This document shows positions 1 to 11,187 of a DNA stretch of 64,000 nt, piece by piece. Position numbers and translations under genes: made by a program. The DNA comes from Podospora anserina (Eukaryota): assembly GCA_017654855.1 (NCBI GenBank), contig JAFMPO010000001.1:1054001-1118000 (forward strand), written 5' to 3'. The number at the start of each line of letters is the position of its first letter. Position 1 is the first letter of the stretch. Under the pieces are notes generated by a model. The model did not search any database. It was not told the DNA's origin and worked only from the letters and a program-made list of their open reading frames with translations.

Positions 1-1378
1 CATCCGGACCGTGCCATTCGCCCAGCGAGTTGGTATTTTCGTTGGAGAATGTGTCAATAACATAACCCTTGGCACTTGGGGTTGCCACCTGGGTTGTTGT
101 GCGCGTGAGGGCAGAGGGAGCTGGTGACGATGCTGGCGCGACGTACTCGGTAGCTGTCGATCCGCAGTAGAAGGATATGGGGCCGAGGATGACGCCCGCA
201 TTGAGGCCGGAAAAATAAATCATATCCAGCTTTGTCGTATCGACGCCACTGAACGCTGAAAAGGGGAAGGAGTACAGCTTCTCGGTGCCATCGAATGTCC
301 ACTTTAACTGCGCTGTTGTCAAACTAACCGTCTTGACGTTGTTTGAGCCGCAACTATCGGACCATCCCAGAGCCACTGAAAAGCTTGTGCCTCGTGCCGC
401 CCTGACCCTGAACGAGATGCCTCCGTATCTGTTGTTGGCATTCAAACAACCAAACTGACTGTAAAAGTACGAGTTGGCATCTTTGGGGTAAAGGAGGACC
501 CTGTTGTTGCTGACAACGACACTTGACATTGTTCCATCATCGCTCGTTGCTTGCCCCATAGCGTTGTAGCCCAAGAATGTAAGACGGGACTGAGAAGCCC
601 AGTCATCAATCAATAAGTTGGAGCACGTTGCGGGCTGGCTGGTGGTGACTGGCGGTGCTATTGTGGATCGAGTTGCGGTAGGGACGATGGTTGATCTTGT
701 CGGTACACCTGAAAACAATTAGATGCCTAAACAATTCACTCCAACGAGTGGGATCATACTTGTTGAACCAGGGGACGTTGGCTGAGCCACATTCCCGCAT
801 ATCCATGTGATATTGCCAATCGACCATTGAACATTTGACTGTGAAAATACAGCCCAAACCCAACCGACAACAGCATCGTAGTTGGGTTCGTTGTCAAAGC
901 CGACCAAGGGAACATTAATTGTCTGGCGGCTTCCGGTCAGGTTCTCGATGATGGTGTAGTGACTCTTGTATGTCCCGTCGTTGGCGCTACAAGACGAAGT
1001 TGTCTGAAGCTCTAGAGCAAACGAAGCACCGGCAGGGCCCTCGACAGTGAATTGCAATCCTCCATATCCGTTTGTAACGGCAGGTTGGCATTCGAATGAT
1101 TCATAAAAATACGAGGTGGTATCCTTGGGGGTGAAGACAACTTGACCTGTCCCAGCCGCAATGAATTCCATTGAACCGTCATCTGTTCTCAGTTAGACAC
1201 CAGAAGACAGCAATACGAAAACTAACCCACCGCCGTTTGGGGATTCAAGGTTATTGACACCGCTGGTCCATTTGGTGAAGTTGTCGATAAGAAGATTAGA
1301 TGTGCAGGCTTGTGCGTTTACTCCAGAGGCAGCCAGCATGCCAGCCAGCCCGGCGGCGAACCAACGCTCGAAGAACAT
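1..1378 (-). CDS. Secreted protein with tandem ~150-aa carbohydrate-binding-like repeats (3' end outside window)
   Basis: Signal peptide MFFERWFAAGLAGMLAASGVNAQ. Two introns (~1183-1230, ~709-760). The spliced frame stays open to position 1. Three repeat starts: CTSNLLIDNF, CSNLLIDDW, YVIDTFSNENTNSLGEW; the first two share DDG.M..V...PKD..SYFY..F.C....YGG..F. Thr/Pro linkers lie between repeats. Confidence 0.8.
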
Positions 1379-3124
1379 GTCGGGTGTGTCAGACAGTTCT
1401 GTAAATATGAAGGAGCAGGGTGTTTATCATGGGCCAAACTTCGAGGAACATTGCTTGTATATGTATTCTCCGCTTCGCCTCTGAGATGCAACAACTACGG
1501 CTAGGGATTTCGGTTGGCGACATGCCCGATCGATCCATGGAGAAAGAGGAGTTTGGAAGCTGCCCCTAAAAACGAATGTAACAAAGTCGATGGTTCAAGG
1601 ACCACAGTGAAACGTCGAGTGGGTTCAGCTTATAGGGCTTACGCCATGAACACCCATTTCCTGGCAAGAAAAATAGAGTGAGGCGGCATGGATGAAGGGG
1701 TAAATTCGCAGCTGGCGAGCCAACCTTGCAGCCACCCTCGCTTACCTCCGCGGATTGCAACTTCGGATTTCTTGGTGAGCTTGTGCGTTCTTGTGAAAGC
1801 TTGTCCCAACATTGCCGCTCAGGGCCATGAACCATGATGTGGAGCGAATATCGAGCTGACCTAGCAGCATCAAGAGATGGCGTATTCGAGCATACATAGC
1901 CTGGCCATCTCGTGTACACACAGCAAAATCGCCAGTGTGTAGCAACAAGAGTCATCGTTCCGCTTTCCGGCTTTTTCGGGCGTCCTCAAAGGAACAACAC
2001 CAAATGTGCTCCAAATGAATGCTGGCAGCTGTGAGCAAGTTTGCCAGTTTGCCATCCATTCTCGCTCTCAGCGCCTGATGAAGATGTTGGTGGACGTTTA
2101 ATTTAGCAGTGCGGAGACTTCTCGGCACTCGCATCGTGGCAGCCAAGAGCTTGGCACGCAGATCCCGTACTGCCAAGGTCCTGGGGTCGAGCTTGGATCC
2201 AGGGGTGAGGCCCAGGTCCCTTACAGATGGTGTGATGGCGAGGATGGTTAATCAAGAGAGCATCAAATGGGTCGGTTCGTCGGCACGATTACCTGGAGCT
2301 TCTTTGCGATGGATCCTTTTTCTGTTTGAACGTTACTTCGAATTTTTATATGGTTTCACGCCAGCGAGATGGGTATTCAGCCGAGTGGCTATTTTCTGCA
2401 CCTCAGCTCGTTCCAGTCGGCAATCGAGAACTTCAAGGCTGGCGGCGGGGTTTGATTGGAATACATGAGCAGTTCTGTCGATAATTCACGCACATGGAAC
2501 AATCCATGGCGTGTTTGCCGAGCATAGGTAGGCTGCCATGCCTAAAGCCTTGATCCAACAACATACATCAATACATGTCAAGCAACACAAGAAATGGCAT
2601 TCATATCCTGATTATCGCCGTGGTAAGATGTCGATGCATTTCGGGGCCTTGTGTCTTTGAGTGAGCGTTTCTCTTCCGAGCATAGAAAAGGAGCCCCCTC
2701 TTCACAAGACCCCAATGCCGCACCTGCTCAATGCTACATATAGTTCTCAGTTTGTATTTATATGCAGTAGAAGGCTCATGTTGGCATACCTGGTAGATAC
2801 CAAGCTGTGGTTCAAAGTTGCGTCATCTTGAACTGAGCAATTGACATCGTTGACAAGGGCCCGCTGTGGAGTGTGTTATCTCCACGTGATGATACCCGCC
2901 CCGCTGAAATGCCACCCAATTGGCCCAAACACACTTGGAACCCCACTGCAGCAGTCACCACCAATTGCTCCGCCGACAACTGAACCCACTGCACTGAGGA
3001 AGTCCCAGTCTCCAGATTCGATACGCATCCCGTGTTTGCGACAGAGCCGTACTTGTCATCTAGCAAACATTTGACATTACCCGAGTTGTGTCCGTTCTCA
3101 ACAGTTGTTCCCAATCTCAACTCC

Positions 3125-5476
3125 ATGCAACCTCACGAAGATGCGGTCCAAACGCCTTCGCCGGTCCAGTCCCCCCCTCTTGCGGCCTCCTCCATAATGC
3201 GATCTCTCTCCGGGTCCCAAAAGCCACGCCCCGGTGCCTCCTCCATTCTTTTTTCGCCCACGACAGACCCTCTTTCACAGTCGGAACTCTCTTTGCCAAT
3301 ACGCACAAGCAGTACGAGCCGTCGTCCCCAGTCCGCCTCGCTCTTTCGGTCTACCATTCTCAACAACACCCCACCTGGCTCGCCGCGAGATGCCTCCCCA
3401 GCTTCCACCGTACGGTCCACCCGATCACCAGCCCGCACGATGACAGGGTCAATATTCGCCGGAACAGCAGGGTTCAAAGCTTCGCTCCTCGATACAGGGG
3501 CTGCTGATTCTCCCGGAGACCCCCTGAACCTGGTGTTGAAGAGCTTCGTACCCCATGTCGCAATACACGCCAGTGAGGATGTTGATGATCTGGTCAACGC
3601 AAAGGGATTTGAGAAAGGGCTGTGGGAACTTCTTCGTCCATTTGGGGAGCGGGTCATGGGAAAGGTCAATGTCAGGGATAGCAACGGGGTATCGAGAGCA
3701 TGGGAGGACTTCTCACTCAGATTCACCAAGTTCGGCGATCACTCCAACTTGCAAATTCCAGATGCGCTTGCTGGGTTGAATGGGTCAGAAAAGCAGAGCG
3801 GCAGGGCGAAAGAGAGCCTGACAACGGATGTAGAAAAAGTCGTGGAGCGACATCTCAGTTTTGCCGAGGAAGCCTTCAGAGGGACGATGGAGCCACAAAC
3901 ACCAACAAGGATGGGATTAGACGTGGAAGCAACGTCCCCGTACTATGCCCTGTACCTTCGACGACTACTATCTGGCATGCCACTTGCGCCACATGAATCT
4001 TTCGCCCACCCAGTTGCTTGTGTTATGGCCATCAGCTCTCGGAATCCAAACCCTATCGAGGCTTTACACCGGCTTTACACAGAAACGAGAGAAGGGGAGA
4101 AGCGGTACCCCGTGTGGGTGGATGGGGAATACTTGCGGTATTACATTTTGGTGCATGACGAAGAAAATAGCGACATCAGCAAATCCATGGCCCTTTTCGA
4201 GCAGATGAAGAGAAATTTCGGCTTACATTGTCACTTGCTGCGACTAAGAAGCTCTGAAAGCGCTGAAACGGACGACGACAGCATACCATTACCAAGGAGC
4301 GACTGGATGACGGCAGCTGAGGAACTGGCAGATATTGAGGAGAGCGAGACGAAAGAGGACTTTGAGGACCCGACGCGACACATTTTCGAGTCAGATGCTA
4401 CAGCAATACGGACGTTTGTCAGGGAAATGGCAACACAATCTCTGATCCCAACCATGGAGCGCAATATTTCAGTATGGAACGATCAAGTGGCCTCAAAACG
4501 GAAAGGAATCAGCGGGCGATTCATGAGCTTGTCAAAAAGATGGGCATTCGGCGGCTCAAGTCGGTCATCTGGGATAGCAAGCTCATCAAGCAATTACGAT
4601 GCGTCGGGATACTACAGACCAGACAGCCCGGAGGCTATCATGCGCCGATTGGCAGACTTTGCTTTCATGCTTAGGGACTGGAAGCTGGCCATGTCGACAT
4701 ATGACCTCTTGCGGACTGATTTCCAAAACGACAAGGCCTGGAAATACCATGCGGCCGCCAATGAAATGGCAGCTTTTGCTCTGCTTATCATGCCACAGAA
4801 CATGTCATCCAAAACCCGCATCGAGACAATCAATCAGATGCTTGACAACGCGTTTTATTCCTACCTGACACGATGTAATTCATTGTATGGAGCCACACGC
4901 TGTATAGTACTCGCTCTAGAATTGTTGCGGCTCAGAGGTGGGTCGGGGATAGACGAGGCTGTCAGATGGGGTATCAAAGTGCTCGAGTCGAGGTTAATGG
5001 GCAAGATTGGCGACGCACTGCTCAAGGAACGTATGGCAATCTGCTACGCCTCCAAGTCAGGGGCTGGGTCTCAAGCATGGGGTAGCAGGCGGCGCAAGTC
5101 GGCCCTCTGGAGCGTGCTCGGTGCTGAAGCCTGGGTCGCTCAGGAAAAGTACATCCAGGCCCAAAAATGCTTGAACGAAGCCAGAAAGATGTATTCGCTG
5201 CTGCCAGGGGAAAACGGGATCCAGAGGTTCGAGGTGGCAAGCGACTTTTTGGCCATGTTGAATGATCAGGTCAAACAAGGGTTGCAGGTTGACTTATTAG
5301 GGCCCGAGGAGAGCTTGGTAGATGTGGAGGAAGAGACCTTTGATCATGACGATAGACGGACGAGGAGGACGAGCATGATCAATCCTCTTGGAGGGGCGAC
5401 CGCTGCTGGAATGGAAACGGCGCCTTTGCAGAGTCAGGGAGATGTAAGCGGCCCAATTAAGGACGGGTTTGGTTAA
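3125..5476 (+). CDS. TRS85: TRAPPIII complex subunit Trs85
   Basis: Long uninterrupted ORF with first ATG at 3125. Motifs PHESFAHPVACVMAISS, YLRYYILVHDE, RRLADFAFMLRDWKLA and DKAWKY are typical of Trs85/TRAPPC8. Confidence 0.9.
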   Translation: MQPHEDAVQTPSPVQSPPLAASSIMRSLSGSQKPRPGASSILFSPTTDPLSQSELSLPIRTSSTSRRPQSASLFRSTILNNTPPGSPRDASPASTVRSTRSPARTMTGSIFAGTAGFKASLLDTGAADSPGDPLNLVLKSFVPHVAIHASEDVDDLVNAKGFEKGLWELLRPFGERVMGKVNVRDSNGVSRAWEDFSLRFTKFGDHSNLQIPDALAGLNGSEKQSGRAKESLTTDVEKVVERHLSFAEEAFRGTMEPQTPTRMGLDVEATSPYYALYLRRLLSGMPLAPHESFAHPVACVMAISSRNPNPIEALHRLYTETREGEKRYPVWVDGEYLRYYILVHDEENSDISKSMALFEQMKRNFGLHCHLLRLRSSESAETDDDSIPLPRSDWMTAAEELADIEESETKEDFEDPTRHIFESDATAIRTFVREMATQSLIPTMERNISVWNDQVASKRKGISGRFMSLSKRWAFGGSSRSSGIASSSSNYDASGYYRPDSPEAIMRRLADFAFMLRDWKLAMSTYDLLRTDFQNDKAWKYHAAANEMAAFALLIMPQNMSSKTRIETINQMLDNAFYSYLTRCNSLYGATRCIVLALELLRLRGGSGIDEAVRWGIKVLESRLMGKIGDALLKERMAICYASKSGAGSQAWGSRRRKSALWSVLGAEAWVAQEKYIQAQKCLNEARKMYSLLPGENGIQRFEVASDFLAMLNDQVKQGLQVDLLGPEESLVDVEEETFDHDDRRTRRTSMINPLGGATAAGMETAPLQSQGDVSGPIKDGFG

Positions 5477-5972
5477 GGTTACCAGAGGCTGGCTGACTGA
5501 AGGAATGTCTAGTTGTGCAAAGAAACAGAGAATAGAGCAGTGATATCCCCCGACAAGTGATTGCTCTTGAAAGCTTAAACTTGACCCCTGAGTCCTTGGC
5601 CCCACTGCTTGTTGATTGATGCCTGCCGGAGAGTGCTTGGCACCGCCCTTGTGACACGCTGATAAGATAAAGAGAACCAACAGAGTCCCCTGCACGTCAT
5701 TGTCCACCACCTGCTATCAATTAAACTTATCGCTGAGCTCAGTTCGAGGGCTACGCCTTTTCTTTCGAGACTGCATCTTGTCGCAACAGTTGCCTGAATT
5801 CTGGTTGCCAGGGTTGATTCGGCGCAGCCCCTCTTTGGCGCGGTTCATTTTCTCTAAACACGGGCAAGTGTTTACACCGCTCGTTGCCCTCCTTCCTGTC
5901 AACTACGACAAGCCGGTCGAGTCTCAAAACTAGATACCAATCGAGCCACACCAATCAATACATCCAGCCAAC

Positions 5973-7433
5973 ATGTCGCAAAAGTCCCAGTCCCTACTCG
6001 ATTATCTAGTGCAAAATGAGCCTTCCTTCCGCAAGTATGTCTCGCGTGTTTTGTGGCCTAGGTTATCCTCGTCTGCTAACAAAATATGCCAAAGAGCCCG
6101 CCTGCCAGCCCTCTACTCCTCCTTTGCAGCCCAGCGAACTCTGAATCCCGACGGCTATGCTGCCAACCTCTTCGCCTGGCGGCGCGCCCTCGCCAAAGTT
6201 GCGAAATCCGGACTCGCACCTCCACCCACGTCATCCAGCAAACCTTCCCTGCTCGTATTAAACACAGACGAGAGGCTAGTAAGTGCCTTCGAGACGAAAC
6301 AGTACGGCCGCCCACTATCACTGGGGCTGGTGATCAAAGAGGCGGTGGAAAACAAGGAGTTGGTGCCACTGAGGCAGTTCCTCGAGCAGAAGGAGAGCAT
6401 CTACTCCCGCTCTTGGTCGGTATGGGGATTAGCGGGGTGGGTCCTCAAGACGGCGGGTGTGACTGATTTCCTGAAGGGTAGCGGGGATAAAGTACCAAAG
6501 GGGCAATTTGTCGTAGTGGAAAATGTCGAGGGGGCAGGCAAGGCTTTTGGCGAGGGGATCAAGGACAAGGAGGGGCGGTTCGAGAGGACGTTTACCAGGG
6601 CGCATTTTGCCAAGGTTTTCAATGATCAGCTTGTCGAAGGGGGCAGGGAGTTGTCAGATACTGATATGGATGTTTTGCTGGTTTTCTTGGCGAGGGATAA
6701 GCAAATGATAGACTATGATGGGAAGACGGTCAAGATCAGGGATGGGGAGGGAGAGCCAGAGGGCTTGACGGACGAGGACGCGTCGATTGCTCAGCTCAAG
6801 GAGTTGCTGGCTTCTTTGACGCATCAAACGCTCCTTTTGTCCAAGCGGGTCGAGGAACTGGGCGCACAGGCCAAGGAGGCGGTCACGAAACAAAACAGAG
6901 TGGCGGCGTTGGCGGCGCTCAAGAGCAAGAAGCTGGCCGAGCAAACGCTGGAAAAGCGGTATGCCACTGTCAACCAACTGGAGCAGGTACAGACTCAACT
7001 CGAACAAGCGAGCGACAATGTCCAGATTGTCAAGGTCATGGAGTCGTCATCAGACGCTCTCAAGAGCCTCACGGCCAAGGTGGGCGGCGTCGAGGGGGTG
7101 GAAGAGGTTGTCGACAGGCTCCGGGAGCAGATGGCTGATGCCGATGAGGTCGGCAAGATCCTTGCCGAGGCCAGTGGAACAACCGTGCTGGATGAGGGCG
7201 AGATTGACGATGAACTCGCCGAGATGGAGAGACAGGAGAAGGAGAAGGAGAGGAAGAAGGTGGAGGAGAAGCAGCAGAGGGAAGCCGAGGAGAGGGCGAA
7301 GGAGGAACAGAAGGAGGCGGAAGACCTGCGGAAGAAGCTGGAGGCCATTGGCGAAGTGCCTGGCAGTGCTCCTGTCAAAGATAAGGAGACGGACGAGGCG
7401 GAGGCCATGATGGGTAGGCTTACTCTCGGTTAA
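5973..7433 (+). CDS. CHM7: Snf7-family ESCRT-II/III hybrid protein (Chm7/CHMP7-like)
   Basis: N-terminal RARLPALYS..NPDGY..N...W winged-helix-like region and C-terminal Snf7 coiled coil (ALAALKSKK, VEEVVDRLREQ, DEGEIDDELAEME). In-frame 60-nt intron at 6035-6094. Confidence 0.8.
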   Translation: MSQKSQSLLDYLVQNEPSFRKYVSRVLWPRLSSSANKICQRARLPALYSSFAAQRTLNPDGYAANLFAWRRALAKVAKSGLAPPPTSSSKPSLLVLNTDERLVSAFETKQYGRPLSLGLVIKEAVENKELVPLRQFLEQKESIYSRSWSVWGLAGWVLKTAGVTDFLKGSGDKVPKGQFVVVENVEGAGKAFGEGIKDKEGRFERTFTRAHFAKVFNDQLVEGGRELSDTDMDVLLVFLARDKQMIDYDGKTVKIRDGEGEPEGLTDEDASIAQLKELLASLTHQTLLLSKRVEELGAQAKEAVTKQNRVAALAALKSKKLAEQTLEKRYATVNQLEQVQTQLEQASDNVQIVKVMESSSDALKSLTAKVGGVEGVEEVVDRLREQMADADEVGKILAEASGTTVLDEGEIDDELAEMERQEKEKERKKVEEKQQREAEERAKEEQKEAEDLRKKLEAIGEVPGSAPVKDKETDEAEAMMGRLTLG

Positions 7434-7821
7434 TGATGTGATCGAACACGAGGTTTCATGGCAATCCATGTATGCTAATTCGAATCTGCGTATACTAGTT
7501 CATGCTTAATGAGAGTTGTTATGTGACAGCATGTCGCCATGACTCACTATTACACACGATTTATACAACCATTCAACTTCCCCACAATTGGGGGTTGGAT
7601 TCTTTGAGTAGGGATTTTCACAGATGGCATAGGAGTTCGGTAGCATGGCGTTGTTTTGTGTAGGTATCTCATCATGTATTACCCTGAATATGATTGTTTG
7701 GAATCACGGGTGTCAGGATATCATGATGTTGTGAGAAGAGCTGGAGTCCCTATCAAATACCAACAGGATCAGGAAATGACAATTGTGTTTTTTATTCCTT
7801 TTTTGGGGGGTTTTTTCTTGG

Positions 7822-7841
7822 TTTTTTTTTTTTTTTTTTTT
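7822..7841. repeat. Poly(T)20 tract
   Basis: 20 consecutive T between convergent CHM7-like and RAD18 genes. Confidence 0.95.
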
Positions 7842-8263
7842 GGGAGGGCTTTTAGCTATGCTCGTTGCCTCGTCCCAGCCACCAAAAGTGATTATTACTA
7901 CGTATCTATAGGTAAGGTAGATGCAAAGTGGATGCGGCTAAAATCTATGATGCTGAAGCGGAGAAGGTCTGCCAAACCCACCTCCCACATCACAGGTACC
8001 CCCTTGGTCTACCGCTTTATGCCGCGTGTAAAGTTTTGCTCCCCATCTGTGCTAAAACAACATTCCTCGCTCAACCAGCAACTGAAATCAGATTATATTC
8101 TTCTACGAATGTACTACAACACCCAGCCAAGGCCAGTTTTGTGTCCCTTCTACTTGTCGAGCCTGGGTAGGTCAGTAACCTCTTGAGCCGTTAGGCCAGT
8201 GTCTATACTCCTCGTGTCGCTCGGGTATGGGGGCTGAGGGTAGCGTTGGGTTGGCCGAGCCAT

Positions 8264-9600
8264 TTATGGCTGTTGATAGTGCGTTGGTTGGGGTTGATGT
8301 TGCCAACGCTCCGGGTGAGAGTATGACGGGTGTGGTGGCGGTTGAACCGGTAACACTGGTGTTTGTGGCAAAGGGGCTGATTCCGCCGTTGATGGTGTCG
8401 ACGTTTTTGGTACCGAAGGCTGTGGGACTGATGAGCTTGCTTCTTGTTTCGCAGCTTCTTCGGCAGCAGCCTCTCTGGCCTTTTGCTCAGCAATTTGCCT
8501 ACTTCTCCTCGCGTTCGCAATCAAGTCTTTAAAGGAAGAGTCGTGCTTTGCCGCCCAAGCGCCACCATCAAAATCTTTGTCCTTGATTTGAGCGCCTGTG
8601 CTGGCTGCTTTGGAGCTGGTGGGTGCCATGGTGCCTATAGTCCTTTCCCACACCTGCAAATCCTGAAATAGAGCCCCGCGGGTCTTGGGATTGGCAGAAT
8701 CGCAGTTCGCATTCCAAAGTGTGAGCCACTCTCGGTGTCTTGCTTCGAGCATCGTTCGGTTGCCAGCAGTGGACAGACCCAGCTCTCGCATGATTTTCCG
8801 AAGAGCCTGATCCTTCACCATAGAGTATTGAAGAGTTGGGAGACGCTCGGGGGCCTTGGCAGCCGCGGCTGGTGGTCTCTTGGAGGGTGATCGCAGGGCA
8901 GAGGTGATCGAGCGGCTGGCGGCTGGCGTGCGTTTTGGCTGAGGCTGAGGTTCACCTGGACACGAGGTGTCAAGATGTCTGTCGACAAGAACTTCTTTCA
9001 TGCGCTGTTCGCATATAGGGCACGCGACCAGTCCGTCATCTGAGAATCAGTTAGCCTTGTCCTCGGCGGCTAGAACGGGCCCAACGTACTAGGCTCTGGC
9101 ACATATTCATCTTCCCCATCATTGTCATCTTGCAGGTCACCCTCCGAATCCTCAATAGTCAGTTGACTGGATGCTTGTGGTTCCCTTGCCTTGCGATTTC
9201 TCGTAGACCTCCTTGGCCGTTTGCTTTCCTGAAACTCGTCGTCGGAGTTGTCCACATCGGTCGCTTTTCTCTTAGGAGATATCGGTAGAGCCGGCGTTGG
9301 CGTTCTTGCGAATTTGAGAATGCTATCTCGGACTCCCCTAAATGCTTCGACTGCCTCTCGCAGGGCACCGTTGCCCCGCAGTTTGGAGAGGTCGACAGTC
9401 TTCCGGCAAAGCGGGCATTTGCTATCGGCGGTAAGACACCTCCTAATACAAAGCGAACAGAATGTATGGCTGCAGGAGGTAAGCATCGGTGTTGTGAAGA
9501 AGTCCTTGCAGACATGGCAGCGGAGTGCCTCCTCGACGGACTTCAAGCTGGCGAGCGGCGTTCCCAACCAGTCAGTCGAATCTGATACCTCCACCTCCAT
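8264..9600 (-). CDS. RAD18: Post-replication repair E3 ubiquitin ligase Rad18 (UvsH/UVS-2)
   Basis: DSTDW motif, RING ([17 protein letters not shown]), UBZ finger (CPIC..HLDTSC) after an intron at ~9041-9090, SAP domain and LWNANCDS. Confidence 0.95.
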
Positions 9601-9754
9601 CTAGGCTAATGAATTTGAATTAAAAAGATTAATCCAAGATCGGCTGAACGCTGGTGGACCTGGAATGTGTTGCCGCGCTGCTGCTGCTTAATTCTGGAGG
9701 TGAACAAGGAAGGACAAGGACAATCCAACACTCTGAAAGCTGCAAATGGTGATG

Positions 9755-9790
9755 CGCGACGCGACCTATTCTTTGCTGAACGCGACGGAG
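9755..9790. promoter_or_regulatory. MCB-like ACGCG/CGCG elements upstream of RAD18
   Basis: GCGCGACGCGA and AACGCGACG lie about 160-190 nt upstream of the ATG. Confidence 0.35.
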
Positions 9791-11187
9791 CCATTAAACT
9801 TAAAGTGGGTCCTGGTTGCCACACCTAGCAATTCCCTTGAAGATCGATCAATCCAAACGTCAATACCCTCGTGGATATCTATCCTCTCTTTCAAATTGTT
9901 TCGAGTCCAATTCAGAAAACTCAATGTTGCTTCTCGATGACTTTCACTCTGATGTTCCAAATCTTGCTGCTCATTCCTGAAGCTGCAGCCAACCCTAGAT
10001 GTGTTGGTCTTTCAATTGCCCATTAACCACTCGACTCGTACCATACGCATGATGAATTCAGCCAAGGAACCATTTTCATAGACGCTGGTCTGTTCACCAT
10101 ATGCGAAGCGTTATTCTTTGAGACGCTACAAGATACTGGTACACCATACAAGCACATGTGGACTGTCTCATTATTATCGCCATACTCCTATCAGCTATCT
10201 TCTACTAAACCTGGCACCGCACTTGCTCTCAGGGTCTGCCATGTAGGCAACACCAATTTCCCCGCTTCACGTCAAGTTCCTTTGCAAGGGGACCTTATAC
10301 CAAAAACGAGTCTCTATCCGGACTCGATAAGAGGTAAATGGCACTGCCTCGTCTCAGAGGCGTTGTTTTGACTTCATCGTTCCCTCCAGCGGTTGCTGCA
10401 GATTTAAGCGTACCATGACCTAAGTACCGGTAAGCTCAGCAAAATTGCATTATCTTGGTAATGGGCCAGCAGCTTCTAAAAGATGGATATCAAATCTGGA
10501 TTGTTGCTGGCGCGCAGAGGCACCGTTAACATTGAGGCCTAACGGAGATCAATTCAGGATTGTGGTGGACGCCTATGTCCATGGGATCATGTTTGGCGAA
10601 GGGTTGAAAAAGGGAGAGCTGAAAGCGATAGAGCTTGCATGATGTGCTATCTTTTAAGGCCTTTAACCAAGTAGGTGCTAATTTCCATGTCCTAATGAAT
10701 AGAAATAGAAGTTATGGTGTAAATATCAGTCCTGTACATAGCACTGGCATGCAACCCGGAGAAAAGGTTATTGAGTGCAGATGGGCAAAGAAGAATGAAC
10801 TGAAACAGGTCCAGTGCCCCGCACGTGAACAGGCGTCGGAGTTGAGCGGGAGGACCCCACCAAAATGCTCCAGGTTGCACCTTTCCTGTTTTGGAGGGAA
10901 TCAAAACAATGGCTAACCAGATCAAGACGACCCGCTCTGCAAACCCACAACTTTCGCAAAGCAACCATCAATCCTCACCCTCCCTTCCCTGATGGCTCCT
11001 GGTAATCCCTTCTGAGTCTTACAATCCACCCACTTCCTCGCTCTTGTCTTCTTGTTATTTTTGTTGCTTCCCTTTCTGCAATTGTCCTGTACGCCCTTGG
11101 TTGACCTTCGAGACGCGCCGAACAAGCCCAAGAGCCACGAAAACGCCATACCCCATTACCGATCACGGCGACCTCACTCGACGAACA

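Noticed and set aside
1930-2470. Short ORFs and an imperfect GGACC..CCAAGCTC repeat upstream of the secreted gene
   Set aside because: No recognisable domain or consistent spliced frame; cannot be distinguished from intergenic noise.
7050-7469. Long antisense and alternative-frame ORFs over CHM7 (similar ones over APL1, NMA111 and NOP53)
   Set aside because: Shadow ORFs expected from GC-rich codon bias.
9766-10110. Minus-strand frame of ~115 codons interrupted by one TGA, and an ATGATGA at ~10049
   Set aside because: No homology recognised; the C-like box has no matching D box or stem.
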